A stretch of DNA of 64,000 nt, from positions 425,878,001-425,942,000 of the forward strand of contig OZ024740.1 of the NCBI GenBank assembly GCA_964016885.1. The letters run 5' to 3'. The stretch comes from Eledone cirrhosa. Its lineage: Eukaryota. The notes beneath the pieces are model-generated. The model saw only the letters and a list, made by a program, of their open reading frames with translations, made no database searches and had not been told where the DNA came from. Position 1 is the first letter of the stretch, and every line of letters starts with the position of its first letter. Both the position numbers and the translations under genes were made by a program. Shown here in pieces: positions 13,325 to 25,438 of the stretch.

Positions 13325-15435
13325 GGATATTGAACATTATTGAATATTTTCCGTATCATATGGATATTGAACATTATAACGAGTTCATATATAAAGAACT
13401 CAGAAAAAATTATAAAAAATCTAATAATGTGTCACTCACCAACATCAACAACAAAACACACAACATAGTAAAAAAACTAAACATTGAAGATAGAACTGAA
13501 CCTTTGGCATTGAAAAGACCACACTTCAACCTGAAAGATCACAAATCTAACTTTAACTCAAATCCTTCTATTAGACTTATATGTCCCTCCAAATCAGATA
13601 TTGGAATAATTAGCAAAAAAATTTTAGATAGAATCATCCCACAAATAAGAAAACACGTTATTTTACCACTCTGGGAAAACACCTCCCAGGTAATTAACTG
13701 GTTTAAAAATATTAGGTGTAAATCTTCTGCTTCTTTCCTACAATTTGATATAGATAATTACTATTCTTCTATATCACCTATACTCCTGAACAAAGCATTT
13801 ATATTTGCTAAAAATAGATCTAACTTAACTTTGGATGACATTAACATTATTACACATGCTAGACTAACACTTATTGAATTTCAGAATGAATACTGGACCA
13901 GAAACACATACAGTAATCTTTTTGATATTACTATGGGTTCAAGCGATTCCGCCCAAATTACTGATCTTGTGGGCCTCTTTCTCCTTTTCAACATAAATGC
14001 CTCTTTTCCCCACCTCAAAGGTGGTTTATATCGTGATGACTGTCTTCTTCTTTCTAACAACCTTAGCCTTTCAGAAATCGAAAAAAACAAAAAACATATT
14101 AGAACTTTCCTTAAAGACTATTATAATCTTAATATTACTTTTGAAAAAACAAGTAAAGTAGTAAATTTCCTAGATATAACTTTAGATTTAGCTACGGGTA
14201 TCTACCAACCTTACCATAAACCTAACCAAAACTTACATTACATACACTCACAATCTAATCACCCTAAATCTATCCTTAAAAACCTTGCATATAATATATC
14301 ACTTAGAATTTCTAACCTTTCTTCTAACCAAGATGTATTTGATAAAAATGCGACCTTCTATAACGAAGCTCTAGATAGAAGTGGCCACAAAAATAGATTA
14401 GAGTATATACCTTCTACTAAAAATACTGAAAGCATACAACATAATATTACCAACAAACACCAAATGAAAAGTACACACCTAAATGCCACCCACACTATAC
14501 CCCAAAATACTAAATCTTCTAATATAAAGTATAGTAACTCTCAAAAAACTACTCATCATACAACTATAATAAATATTAATAATAAAACTCCTAATAAAAA
14601 AGATAAAACACCTAAATCTACAAATATAACTAAAAATAGTTGTGGTGAGGTCATTAACATTAATCCTCCTAGTAAAAATCACGATACAACCTATAAAAAT
14701 AATAAAAATAATAAACAACATAGAAACCGTAATAGACGGGTTACTTGGTATAATGCTCCTTTTAATTTACAAGTTAAGGATAATATTGCTAAAAAATTTT
14801 TTTATATCCTTGAGAAAAACTTCCCGCCAAACCACAAATACCATCAAATCTTAAATAGGTCTACAGTTAAATTCTCATACTCTACAACAAATAACATAAA
14901 ACAAAATATAAGTGCATATAATGCATATAAATGTAAGAAAACCATAAGTATACCACCAGTACATCAAATTAACCATAATATCTCCTCAAATACAGAATTA
15001 ACGAAAGGATGTAACTGTAGAAACAAAGCAAACTGCCCATTAAAAGGGAATTGTCTTGTTAACAACATAGTCTATAAATGTAATGTTAAAACTAAAGATT
15101 CTATTTGCTCATATATAGGAGCTACCTCTAACAATTTTAAGACAAGGTTTAATACCCACAAGCATAGTTTTAAAAATGCCGCACTGGCTAATACAACATC
15201 TCTAGCAGAAAAAATCAATAGTTATAAAAATAAGAATATAAAATATGATTTGACCTGGAGTGTGCTCAAAAGAGCCACCCCTTATCAAAATAATAGAAAT
15301 GAATGTAGATTATGTTCCCAAGAACTATTTGAAATAATGAAGTCTAAGGATATCTTATTAAATAAACGACAGGAATTAATTATATCGTGTAATCATAAAC
15401 TAAAAAAAACATTTAAATATTATAAACCTAATTAA
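13243..15435 (+). CDS. PLE (Naiad-type) reverse transcriptase + GIY-YIG endonuclease; the first ~40 codons derive from the inversion junction and the native N-terminus is missing
   Basis: RT motifs QFDIDNYYSSI, FDITMGSSDSAQITDLVGL, GGLYRDD, VNFLDITLDL; linker CNCRNKANC; GIY-YIG-like IVYKC..YIGAT..FKTRFNTH; C-terminal CRLCSQE..LNKRQE..CNH. Confidence 0.93.
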   Translation: MGERGGLEKGIKVNICFKKHRIFSVSLWILNIIEYFPYHMDIEHYNEFIYKELRKNYKKSNNVSLTNINNKTHNIVKKLNIEDRTEPLALKRPHFNLKDHKSNFNSNPSIRLICPSKSDIGIISKKILDRIIPQIRKHVILPLWENTSQVINWFKNIRCKSSASFLQFDIDNYYSSISPILLNKAFIFAKNRSNLTLDDINIITHARLTLIEFQNEYWTRNTYSNLFDITMGSSDSAQITDLVGLFLLFNINASFPHLKGGLYRDDCLLLSNNLSLSEIEKNKKHIRTFLKDYYNLNITFEKTSKVVNFLDITLDLATGIYQPYHKPNQNLHYIHSQSNHPKSILKNLAYNISLRISNLSSNQDVFDKNATFYNEALDRSGHKNRLEYIPSTKNTESIQHNITNKHQMKSTHLNATHTIPQNTKSSNIKYSNSQKTTHHTTIININNKTPNKKDKTPKSTNITKNSCGEVININPPSKNHDTTYKNNKNNKQHRNRNRRVTWYNAPFNLQVKDNIAKKFFYILEKNFPPNHKYHQILNRSTVKFSYSTTNNIKQNISAYNAYKCKKTISIPPVHQINHNISSNTELTKGCNCRNKANCPLKGNCLVNNIVYKCNVKTKDSICSYIGATSNNFKTRFNTHKHSFKNAALANTTSLAEKINSYKNKNIKYDLTWSVLKRATPYQNNRNECRLCSQELFEIMKSKDILLNKRQELIISCNHKLKKTFKYYKPN

Positions 15436-15958
15436 TAACATTATTTTAGAAATTAATTTAATTTAAATGTTAGTTAACCTATAAATTTAATTTAATTAAT
15501 ATTTTATTACAGATGTGAATATAAAATATTATGTAATCATAAATTGTGAAAAACCTTTAAATATTACTAATATATACTTAGTAATTTAATTTATAGATTA
15601 ATTTTAATTTATTTAAACCTTTTATTATAACTCTTTTACAGATAAAATATAACAAAATAATATCGTGTATCCAATGACAGAGAAATAATTTTTAGTATTA
15701 TAGACCTAATTAATATACATTTTAGAAATATATTTATTATTTGGTTTTAGTTTTAATCAACCTAAAAATTTTAATTTTAATTTGCTTAAAATTAGTATCC
15801 TTATACAGACGAATTGCAGAATGTCATGTAATCATAGAGTGGGATGTGTTTTGGATATATACCTAGTTAATATATTCTATGCAATTTTTTGAAAAAGATA
15901 TGTATATGTATATGTGTATGTGTATGTGTGTGTATGTATGTGTATGTGTATGTATGTA

Positions 15959-16003
<45 letters not shown>

Positions 16004-16520
16004 ATATATATGTATATATGTATGTGTATGTATATGTATATGTATGCGTATTAATTTTGATTTCTATTTGCATATAATTACATTATGCTATTGATGAAAT
16101 ACAGTATCTGCTTTATGTATTGTATACCTAATTAACATATACTATTGAATTAAATATATAATTTTTAATTTAGTTAACATATAATTTATATTCTACTACC
16201 GATGTAATACTTTATTTTATTTTTATTTGTGTTTTTTTTCCCTATTACTAAATTCATTTCCTAATATTGATACCATAACGTTATTAACTTTAATTTAGTT
16301 ATACTGTAATTAATAATCTACTACTGTTTGACTTCAAAATTCTGCTTCAAATATTATAAACCTAACTAATTTACACCTTAGAAATCAATATGTTGACTAT
16401 CTTTGGTTTAGTTAACATATGATTAATGGTATACTTATTTATTTTGAGATGCATAGATTTTGCCTTAGTTCTTGTTTGTCGTATTTCCTAACACTGAAAA
16501 TATGTAAGAACATACATTGG

Positions 16521-17131
16521 ATAAAGATACGGAAAATATTCTATGTTTCTTGAAACATATATTTACTTTGATCCCCTTCTCCAAACCCCCCCTTTCCCCC
16601 ATACTATTATCATCTGTATTTGTAAGCGTCTATGTATGAATATATATGTAGGTAGGTGTCTATATAGGTTTGGGTATTTATATCTAAATATAAAAATACA
16701 TATATGCGCATGCAAATATGAATGTAAGATTGCGTGTGTATATATGAGTGTGTATATGTATGTATATATGTGTATATATGCATTATATATGTATGTGTAT
16801 GTGAATGTGTGTACGTATATGTGTATGTATGTGTATATATGTGTATATATGTGTATGCATGTATATATAGGAATATATATATGTATATATATATGTATAT
16901 GTATATGCGTGTGTATGTATGTGTGTGTATGTGTGTTGTATATATATGTATGTCTCTCTATTTATATGTTTATCTTCGTATCTATGTGATATATGTGTGT
17001 GTGTGTGCATGTATGCATATGTATGTGTTTATGTGTATTTGTGTGTGTGTGTGTATATATGTGTGTGTGCGCACACACACATATATATATATGTGAGTGT
17101 GTATATGTGTCTGTGTATATGTATGTGTGTA

Positions 17132-17181
<50 letters not shown>

Positions 17182-17267
17182 TGTCTATGTGTGAATATAT
17201 GTCTTTATTCGTATGTGTGTATTTATGTATGTATATGTTTATATGTATGTATGTATATGTATGTATG

Positions 17268-17326
<59 letters not shown>

Positions 17327-17587
17327 CTTTATTATTATAATATAACTTATGTGTATGTGTGTATAAGTGAGGTTGTGTATGTGTATATAATATGTGTATA
17401 TATAAGTGTAAAAAAAAATATATATATATATATGTGCATGTCTGTTTTTTATGTGTGTGTATATATATATATATATATATACGTGTGTATATATATATAT
17501 ATGTGGGTGTTTGTATGTGTATTTATGGTGGTATGAGTGTGTGGATATCTATGTGTATATATATATATATATATATGTATGAGTGTA

Positions 17588-17618
<31 letters not shown>

Positions 17619-18040
17619 GTGTATATATATATATATATATATGTGTATGTATGTGTGTATATATATATCTCTATTAATGCGTGTGTGTATGTATATACAT
17701 ATGCCTTTTTATTATTATTTTTATTTGTATGTCTGAGTTAGGTGAGGTTGGAGTGGTTTTTTATGTATATACGCATATATGGATGCGTATGTATTTGTAT
17801 ATATGAGTATAAGTAAGTGCATATGTATGTATGATTATATATCTAATTCTATGTATGAATATACATGTATATATATATGTGTGTATGTAAGTTGTGTGTG
17901 TATGTATCTATATGTCTATGTGTGTGTATATATATATATATATGTATATATATATGTATATCGATGTGCGTATATGTATGTACATGTATGTACATGTATG
18001 TGTGTGTGTATGTGTATGTATATTTAGATGTATGTGTATG

Positions 18041-18081
<41 letters not shown>

Positions 18082-19097
18082 ATATATATATAGGTATATA
18101 TCTTTATTATTTATTTTTTATATATATGTGTATGTGTGTATGTGTTGCGTGTGTGTGTGTGTGTATATATATATCTTTATATATGTGTATGTGTATGTTC
18201 GTGTAAGTGTATGTGTGTGTATGACTGTATATGTATGTGTGTATGTGTGTATGCGTAAATATTTCTATGTGTGCGTACATGTATGTATGTGTATATATCT
18301 GTATGTGTATGTATATTATATTATATTTATTATATTTTATTGTTTTATTTTTTTATTTTTCTTAATTTATAGATACATTTATATTAGGCAGTCTGCTCAG
18401 ACAGTTGAATACTGACCCCTCCCCCCCCTCCCACCTAATTTCTGTATCTTGATCTAAAAATGTGTGTGCCAGTGTTTTATGTGAGTGAATTAATATCCAT
18501 GTGCTTATGATTTTATATCCACATATATAAATGTGAGTGGGGGTGTGTGTGTGTTTGCATGTTCGTGGTTATGTGTATATTTATGCATATACGCGCGTGT
18601 ATGTGTGATTGTACTGATATGTGTGAGTATGAAAAAATATATTTATATACTTGATTTCATAAGTATCAATGCGCATCTTATCTGCGCATTGTAAGCTTAC
18701 AGAGACATTAACCTTGAAATTTTGTATTTGCATCCATCCTTTTAGTATGCGTATACAAATTATACATACATTTTTGTAAAATATGTGTAAGGGTTTTACA
18801 TGTATATACACACACCGAACTGCATTTAACCCTTTGTGTTTTCATTGGTCAATTTTGAACTGAAATTTTGAATTGTTGTTATTATCAATAAATATACTTC
18901 ATTATTTCTGAAGACGGCGTATATATGTGTTTGGTATGTATATTTAATCTTGATAATTTGTATAATTTTGTATAATTTTGTACATAGATCTGTTGAATAT
19001 GCATACCAATTCTAACACATATATATCCTAGAAACGATCGTTAAATAATGAACTTTTTTTGTTTAATATAAGGAATTGTTTATTCATTATTTGTTTA

Positions 19098-19106
<9 letters not shown>
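16521..19106 (+). repeat. PLE1 3' pseudo-LTR (microsatellite-rich)
   Basis: Partner of the inverted arm; ends in ...atattttat running into (TA)n. Confidence 0.95.
18898..19052 (+). ncRNA. Type I hammerhead ribozyme with ~116-nt stem II (PLE1 3' pLTR)
   Basis: TTCATTATTT-CTGAAGA-[long hairpin 18915-19030]-GAAA-CGATCG-TT-AAATAATGAA: 10-bp perfect stem I, palindromic stem III, GUU site. Confidence 0.82.
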
Positions 19107-19165
<59 letters not shown>

Positions 19166-19364
19166 CAAGGTCTAGCAAATAGAGAAAATATATAATATAT
19201 ATATATATGTGTGTGTGTACACAACATGTAGATATGTATATAGAATATATGTATATAGAATATATATTTATATATATTGTATATATATATATATATATAC
19301 ATTTCTTTATTACGTGTTCCTGTGTGTGTCTAATATATACTCGATGCCTACCCAACGTGGCTAG

Positions 19365-19787
<423 letters not shown>

Positions 19788-19812
19788 TATATATATATAT
19801 ATATATATATAT

Positions 19813-20075
19813 TTAAAGGTTAAACAAGGTTCAATGAATAAATCAAAGAATGAGTTTTCAATAGATTGAAAGCACTCAAGGTTTTCTGGAGTTATTAATA
19901 TTAATTCAAAATATTAACAAAATAGATATTCTTGTGATCAAGTATATTTTATTATACATATTTCAGAGGTACTGAGTTAAGTTCAACAGTACGTTGAAAT
20001 TAACTCAGTACCTCTGTAATATGTATAATAAAATATACTTGATCACAAGAATATCTATTATGTTAATATTTTGAA

Positions 20076-20080
<5 letters not shown>
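19813..20080 (-). mobile_element. Family G fold-back element (3' half of an HHR) in (TA)n
   Basis: IR 19901-19987/19993-20080. Minus strand has GAAA-TATGTA-TA-ATAAAATA and no CTGANGA. Confidence 0.65.
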
Positions 20081-20127
<47 letters not shown>

Positions 20128-20160
20128 ATTAAATAAATGGAAAACTATATTTATAAAACC

Positions 20161-20237
20161 ATATTTATTTCATTATATATATTTCGGGGATATCATATTA
20201 ACAATATGCTATGCCTTCATCAGACAAAATACAATAT
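20161..20237 (-). ncRNA. Type I hammerhead ribozyme (PLE2 3' pLTR, sense to ORF)
   Basis: Reverse complement of 25362-25438. Confidence 0.78.
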
Positions 20238-20603
20238 AAACAGTTTTATAGATAAATATATTCGACATACCGTAATAAACATCAACTTCATTTGAAGAGG
20301 TTCACTCTAGCAGTGAAAATACAGAGAGAAAGAAAGAGAGAGAGAAAAGAGGGAAATAGGAAAGAAAGAAAGACAAAACGAAGAAAAGGAAGAAAAAGAC
20401 GAAAAAGAAAAAGAAGAAATGCATGGGACAAAATAGAGAGATGGAAAAATAGATAAAGCGAAGAGCTTCATGTGAAGAGACAGAAAGAGATATATATATA
20501 TATATAGAGAGAGAGGAAGTAGAGATAGATACATATATAAATATAGATATAGAAAAATTAGGTAGTGGGAGGTCAATTTTGAGTAAGTGTATCAATGATG
20601 CAT

Positions 20604-20638
<35 letters not shown>

Positions 20639-21993
20639 GCTCAAGTATTAATGTAAGGGAGATATATAGAGAGATATAGAGAGATATAGAGAGAGAAAAA
20701 AAAAAAAAAATTTAAAAATAGCCAGACATATTCGAGGCGTAGAGAACCCTATGTTTTAATGTATTAGTATTTATAAAACTTACACTATATTGTAAATATC
20801 AGTATTCCTGAATGGAACAAGTATTCACAATGCGTGAAAATTCATTATCTTATGTTTAGTTTTTTAAAAAATTCATATGTATATGTGAATCCAACTGATT
20901 CACTCCGCAAATTCAAAGTTACCGGCAAACATTCTCAATGTGGTATAAAAATTTGAGCGTATTATTATTCTTGCGATTATTCTACAAGATTATCTATCAA
21001 GCAGAAATAGAGAGCAGATTTCAATATACTAATCGAAAATATATATTATATTATAAGCAGAGATAACAATAATAATGATAATAAGTAAAAATATATAAAA
21101 ATATAAAAATATAGAATAGAAAACTAAAAGAGAATATTACGAAAGAATATTACATAATAAAAATATTGCATATTAAAAATACTACGTATTAAAAATATTA
21201 CGTATTAAAACTTTACATATAAAAATATTAAAAATAAAAATTTACATATAAAAATATAAAAAAAAAAAAAAAAAATAAAAAAAAAAAATAAAAAAAATAA
21301 AAAATAAAAAATAAAAAATAATAAATAAATAATAAATAATAAATAAATAATAAATAATAAATAATAAATAATAAATAATAAAAAATAAAAAATAAAAAAA
21401 AAAAATAAAAAATATTATAGAGTACTACAATACTAAAAGAATAAAAATAAAAATAAAAATAAAAATAAAAATAAAAATAAAAATAAAAATAAAAATAAAA
21501 ATAAAAATAAAAATAAAAATAAAAATAAAAATAAAAATAAAATTAAAAATAAAAATAAAAATAAAAATAAAAATAAAAATAAAAATAAAAAATAAAAATA
21601 AAAATGAAAAATGAAAATAAAAATAAACCACAAAGAACAACCCTTCAAAGTTAATTGACAATATATTGCCAAGTTCACTACAAGACAAAGCCAAAAATTA
21701 TCTATCAAATCACATCTAGCAAGGAATACCGCAAAAAAAGATTATGATGTCCAATAATGTCTACATATGCTCCTATATTTAATATATAAGTTTATCAAGT
21801 GTAAGGTTAATTCAAAAAATTTGGAGCATCGGCTTTTAGGGTAGCTTAATTTTTCATGAGGAATGTTTAGATAAAAATAAAAATAAAAATAAAAATAAAA
21901 ATAAAATAAACAATAAAAAGAGTAAAAAGAGGGAATCAAAGATTTAGGAATCAAAAGATTTATCGGCTAGTTCTCATATAAATATAAATCAAA

Positions 21994-24216
21994 CTAAATA
22001 TACCACATTTTAAATTTAAATTTATATTTAAACGTTGAGTTTAATCTATGTTTGCAACAACTGAATAAATTTGTCCGTAGGTTAAGGGAATTTTTAGATT
22101 TTAGTATAAAGAATATCTCCTCTGCGCAGAGGTCACATGTCTCAGAGGATGAATTAAAAGGAATCCCTCTTGAGACTATATTCCAAGCCGTCGAATATCT
22201 AACGTTATCTAGCTTAAGTTGCCAGAGTACACCTGATAGTGCCGTTGAAGATTTTTTATTTGGATCTGTGAAAGAATTCTTGTGGTTATTATAGCGAAGT
22301 TTAAATTCCGTCGATGTGGAACCGACGTAGTTAAAAGAATTAGAGTCAGTATTAACATTACAATTGTATACTATATTTTTAACTAAGCAGTTGTTATTTA
22401 ACGGACATTTAGATCTATCTCTACAGTTACATTTGTTAACTTGTATATTATTTATGCTATTATCAGTAGGTTTTAAGTTCCTATTATTTATTCTATTAAT
22501 ATTTTGTGCTAAATTTTTGGTGGATGAGTAGGTTAATTTAATTGTATGCCTATTGAAGATTGAGTGGTACCTATGTGTTCTAGGGAAGCGATTATCAAGA
22601 GCTTTGAAAAATAATTTAGCGATGTGGGTTTTAATGTTTAGTGAGAAAGGGGGGGCAAACCAAATTATGTTCCTAGTTCTATTTCTTTTTTGTCCTTTGG
22701 AATTATTGTAATGCTTTCTATTATAGTTGTTAATGTTGTTGCCGTCATTAAAAAAGTTGTTACTTTGTTTAGTTTGTTTATCATTATCTATGTACACAAT
22801 CTTATCAGCATACCCTGCCCTAGCTAGTGCATCATTATAGTATTGGGCCTTTTCGTCAAAAATCTTTCTATTCGACGAGATCCTAGAGATACGTTTTTGG
22901 ACTGAGTTTACTATAGTGTTTTTGACAGATCTGGGGTGGTTAGAGTTAAAGTTGACATAGTTTAAGTTTTCATTCAACTTGTGAAAAGGATAGTGGAGAC
23001 ATGTGTTGAGATTTAATGTTATATCTAGGAAATTGACTATTCTATGGTTGTTCTCAATTTCTATTTTAAGGTTAAAGTAATTAAAAAATTTTGTAATTTG
23101 TTTACATTTTCTATTTAGTTCAGGGTTATTATTATTAATAAGTAAAAGCATGTCATCCCTATATAAACCTCCGGTAGTACCAGGTATTTTCCTATGTAGC
23201 GAATTGATTAAAAATAAGCCCACAAGGTCAGTTACCTGAGCTGAGTCGGAAGATCCCATAGTTATGTCAAAATTGCTATCTCTATCTGCTCTGGTCCATA
23301 ATTTGTCATCAAATTCTATCAAAGTTTTCCTAGCCGATAATATAATATGCATTTCTTTGCTAGTTAGGTCCGTATGTTTGAATGCGTAATTTAGTGCCTT
23401 ATTTAGTAGACTAGGGGTAATAGAAGAATAATAGTTAGCTATATCAAGTTGAATAAACCTATTATTATTGTCATATTTAATTTGCCTAAACCACTCAACA
23501 ACCTCTCCAGTTCCCTTCCACAAGCTCAGGTTAGATACATAATCCAAGTTCTTAATTTGCAGTATCACCCTGTCAAGAATGTTTTTGCTTAATTTGCCCA
23601 GGTCCGATTTTGAAGGTGCGATCAATCTAACTGGCAGGTCAATCTCAAAATTCCTCTTGTGGTCCTTCATATTGATCTTCGGTTTCCTGGGCACGAAAGG
23701 TTGTGTTCTGTTCTCAATTTCCAACTCATGCATTATACAAGATGCTTCAACATTCATTTTCTCAAGTTCGGTCTTATCTGCTACCTTGTATTTTTTCCTC
23801 AGCTCTTTCAGTATGAGGCCATTATACATGTCTTTCTGCACTCCATAGAGGTTGTTGGTCTTGTCAGATTTCACCAAGATCTTCTCAGTTTTCTCTAAGC
23901 TCTCAATGTTATCCTTAATGCCTTTCAGATATTCCTGGCCTTTAAAGTTTCTCTTGAATTTGACCCCTTGTATGATAGAAATTATATCGTTTTCAAAGTC
24001 AGATAAAAGTTTGTTAGGGGGTGGATTTCTTTTGGATTTGAAAACTTTGTTTAAGTCCGAGATATTTTCGTCTGCGTTAAATTTATCAAAGTGGAATGCA
24101 CGCCACCTGATTCTCCTTATAAAAGAGTCAGATTTATCTATTAGTTGTTTTACAAAGTCTTTGTTTCTAGGTAGAGGTATGTCTTTTAGAGAGGAAGTAA
24201 TCTTAAAGAATTCCAT
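21994..24216 (-). CDS. PLE (Naiad-type) RT + GIY-YIG endonuclease, 740 aa, apparently intact
   Basis: N-terminal SLKDIPLP..FIRRIRWRA; KSDKT; QLDIANYYSSI; FDITMGSSDSAQVTDLVGL; GGLYRDD; CNCRDRSKC; IVYNC..YVGST..FKLRYNNH; CDLCAEE..CKH. Confidence 0.95.
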   Translation of the reverse strand: MEFFKITSSLKDIPLPRNKDFVKQLIDKSDSFIRRIRWRAFHFDKFNADENISDLNKVFKSKRNPPPNKLLSDFENDIISIIQGVKFKRNFKGQEYLKGIKDNIESLEKTEKILVKSDKTNNLYGVQKDMYNGLILKELRKKYKVADKTELEKMNVEASCIMHELEIENRTQPFVPRKPKINMKDHKRNFEIDLPVRLIAPSKSDLGKLSKNILDRVILQIKNLDYVSNLSLWKGTGEVVEWFRQIKYDNNNRFIQLDIANYYSSITPSLLNKALNYAFKHTDLTSKEMHIILSARKTLIEFDDKLWTRADRDSNFDITMGSSDSAQVTDLVGLFLINSLHRKIPGTTGGLYRDDMLLLINNNNPELNRKCKQITKFFNYFNLKIEIENNHRIVNFLDITLNLNTCLHYPFHKLNENLNYVNFNSNHPRSVKNTIVNSVQKRISRISSNRKIFDEKAQYYNDALARAGYADKIVYIDNDKQTKQSNNFFNDGNNINNYNRKHYNNSKGQKRNRTRNIIWFAPPFSLNIKTHIAKLFFKALDNRFPRTHRYHSIFNRHTIKLTYSSTKNLAQNINRINNRNLKPTDNSINNIQVNKCNCRDRSKCPLNNNCLVKNIVYNCNVNTDSNSFNYVGSTSTEFKLRYNNHKNSFTDPNKKSSTALSGVLWQLKLDNVRYSTAWNIVSRGIPFNSSSETCDLCAEEIFFILKSKNSLNLRTNLFSCCKHRLNSTFKYKFKFKMWYI

Positions 24217-24944
24217 TTTTCAGTTATAATATAAAGCGCTCAACAGTATTGGAGCAAGATACATGTAAAGTTATATTTAAAATTGTTGGGTTACAACTAG
24301 TAAATTTTTTTTAATTTTTTTTTTTTTTTTTTTTATATGTAAATTTTTATTTTTAATATTTTTATATGTAAAGTTTTAATACGTAATATTTTTAATACGT
24401 AGTATTTTTAATATGCAATATTTTTATTATGTAATATTCTTTCGTAATATTCTCTTTTAGTTTTCTATTCTATATTTTTATATTTTTATATATTTTTACT
24501 TATTATCATTATTATTGTTATCTCTGCTTATAATATAATATATATTTTCGATTAGTATATTGAAATCTGCTCTCTATTTCTGCTTGATAGATAATCTTGT
24601 AGAATAATCGCAAGAATAATAATACGCTCAAATTTTTATACCACATTGAGAATGTTTGCCGGTAACTTTGAATTTGCGGAGTGAATCAGTTGGATTCACA
24701 TAGACATATGAATTTTAAAAAAACTAAAATTAAGATAATGAATTTTCACGCATTGTGAATACTTGTTCCATTCAGGAATACTGATATTTACAATATAGTG
24801 TAAGTTTTATAAATACTAATACATTAAAACATAGGGTTCTCTACGCCTCGAATATGTCTGGCTATTTTTAAATTTTTTTTTTTTTTTCTCTCTCTATATC
24901 TCTCTATATCTCTCTATATATCTCCCTTACATTAATACTTGAGC

Positions 24945-24995
<51 letters not shown>

Positions 24996-25361
24996 ATGCA
25001 TCATTGATACACTTACTCAAAATTGACCTCCCACTACCTAATTTTTCTATATCTATATTTATATATGTATCTATCTCTACTTCCTCTCTCTCTCTATATA
25101 TATATATATCTCTTTCTGTCTCTTCACATGAAGCTCTTCGCTTTATCTATTTTTCCATCTCTCTATTTTGTCCCATGCATTTCTTCTTTTTCTTTTTCGT
25201 CTTTTTCTTCCTTTTCTTCGTTTTGTCTTTCTTTCTTTCCTATTTCCCTCTTTTCTCTCTCTCTTTCTTTCTCTCTGTATTTTCACTGCTAGAGTGAACC
25301 TCTTCAAATGAAGTTGATGTTTATTACGGTATGTCGAATATATTTATCTATAAAACTGTTT

Positions 25362-25438
25362 ATATTGTATTTTGTCTGATGAAGGCATAGCATATTGTTA
25401 ATATGATATCCCCGAAATATATATAATGAAATAAATAT
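25362..25438 (+). ncRNA. Type I hammerhead ribozyme (PLE2 inverted pLTR)
   Basis: ATATTGTATTTTGT-CTGATGA-AGG..CATATT/AATATG..CCCC-GAAA-TATATA-TA-ATGAAATAAATAT; stem I has G-U pairs; AUA site. Confidence 0.78.

Larger units (their letters stand above)
10611..19106 (+). mobile_element. Penelope-like retroelement PLE1 (Naiad-type), 5'-truncated, with inverted pseudo-LTRs
   Basis: RT+GIY-YIG ORF flanked by about 2.58-kb inverted repeats (10742-13324 and 16521-19106), an HHR in each arm, and (TA)n at both outer ends. Confidence 0.92.

Noticed and set aside
10742-19106. DNA transposon with long TIRs (or Polinton/foldback)
   Set aside because: The enclosed ORF is RT+GIY-YIG, the arms are asymmetric (tail, ORF truncation) and contain HHRs, which fits PLE inverted pLTRs.
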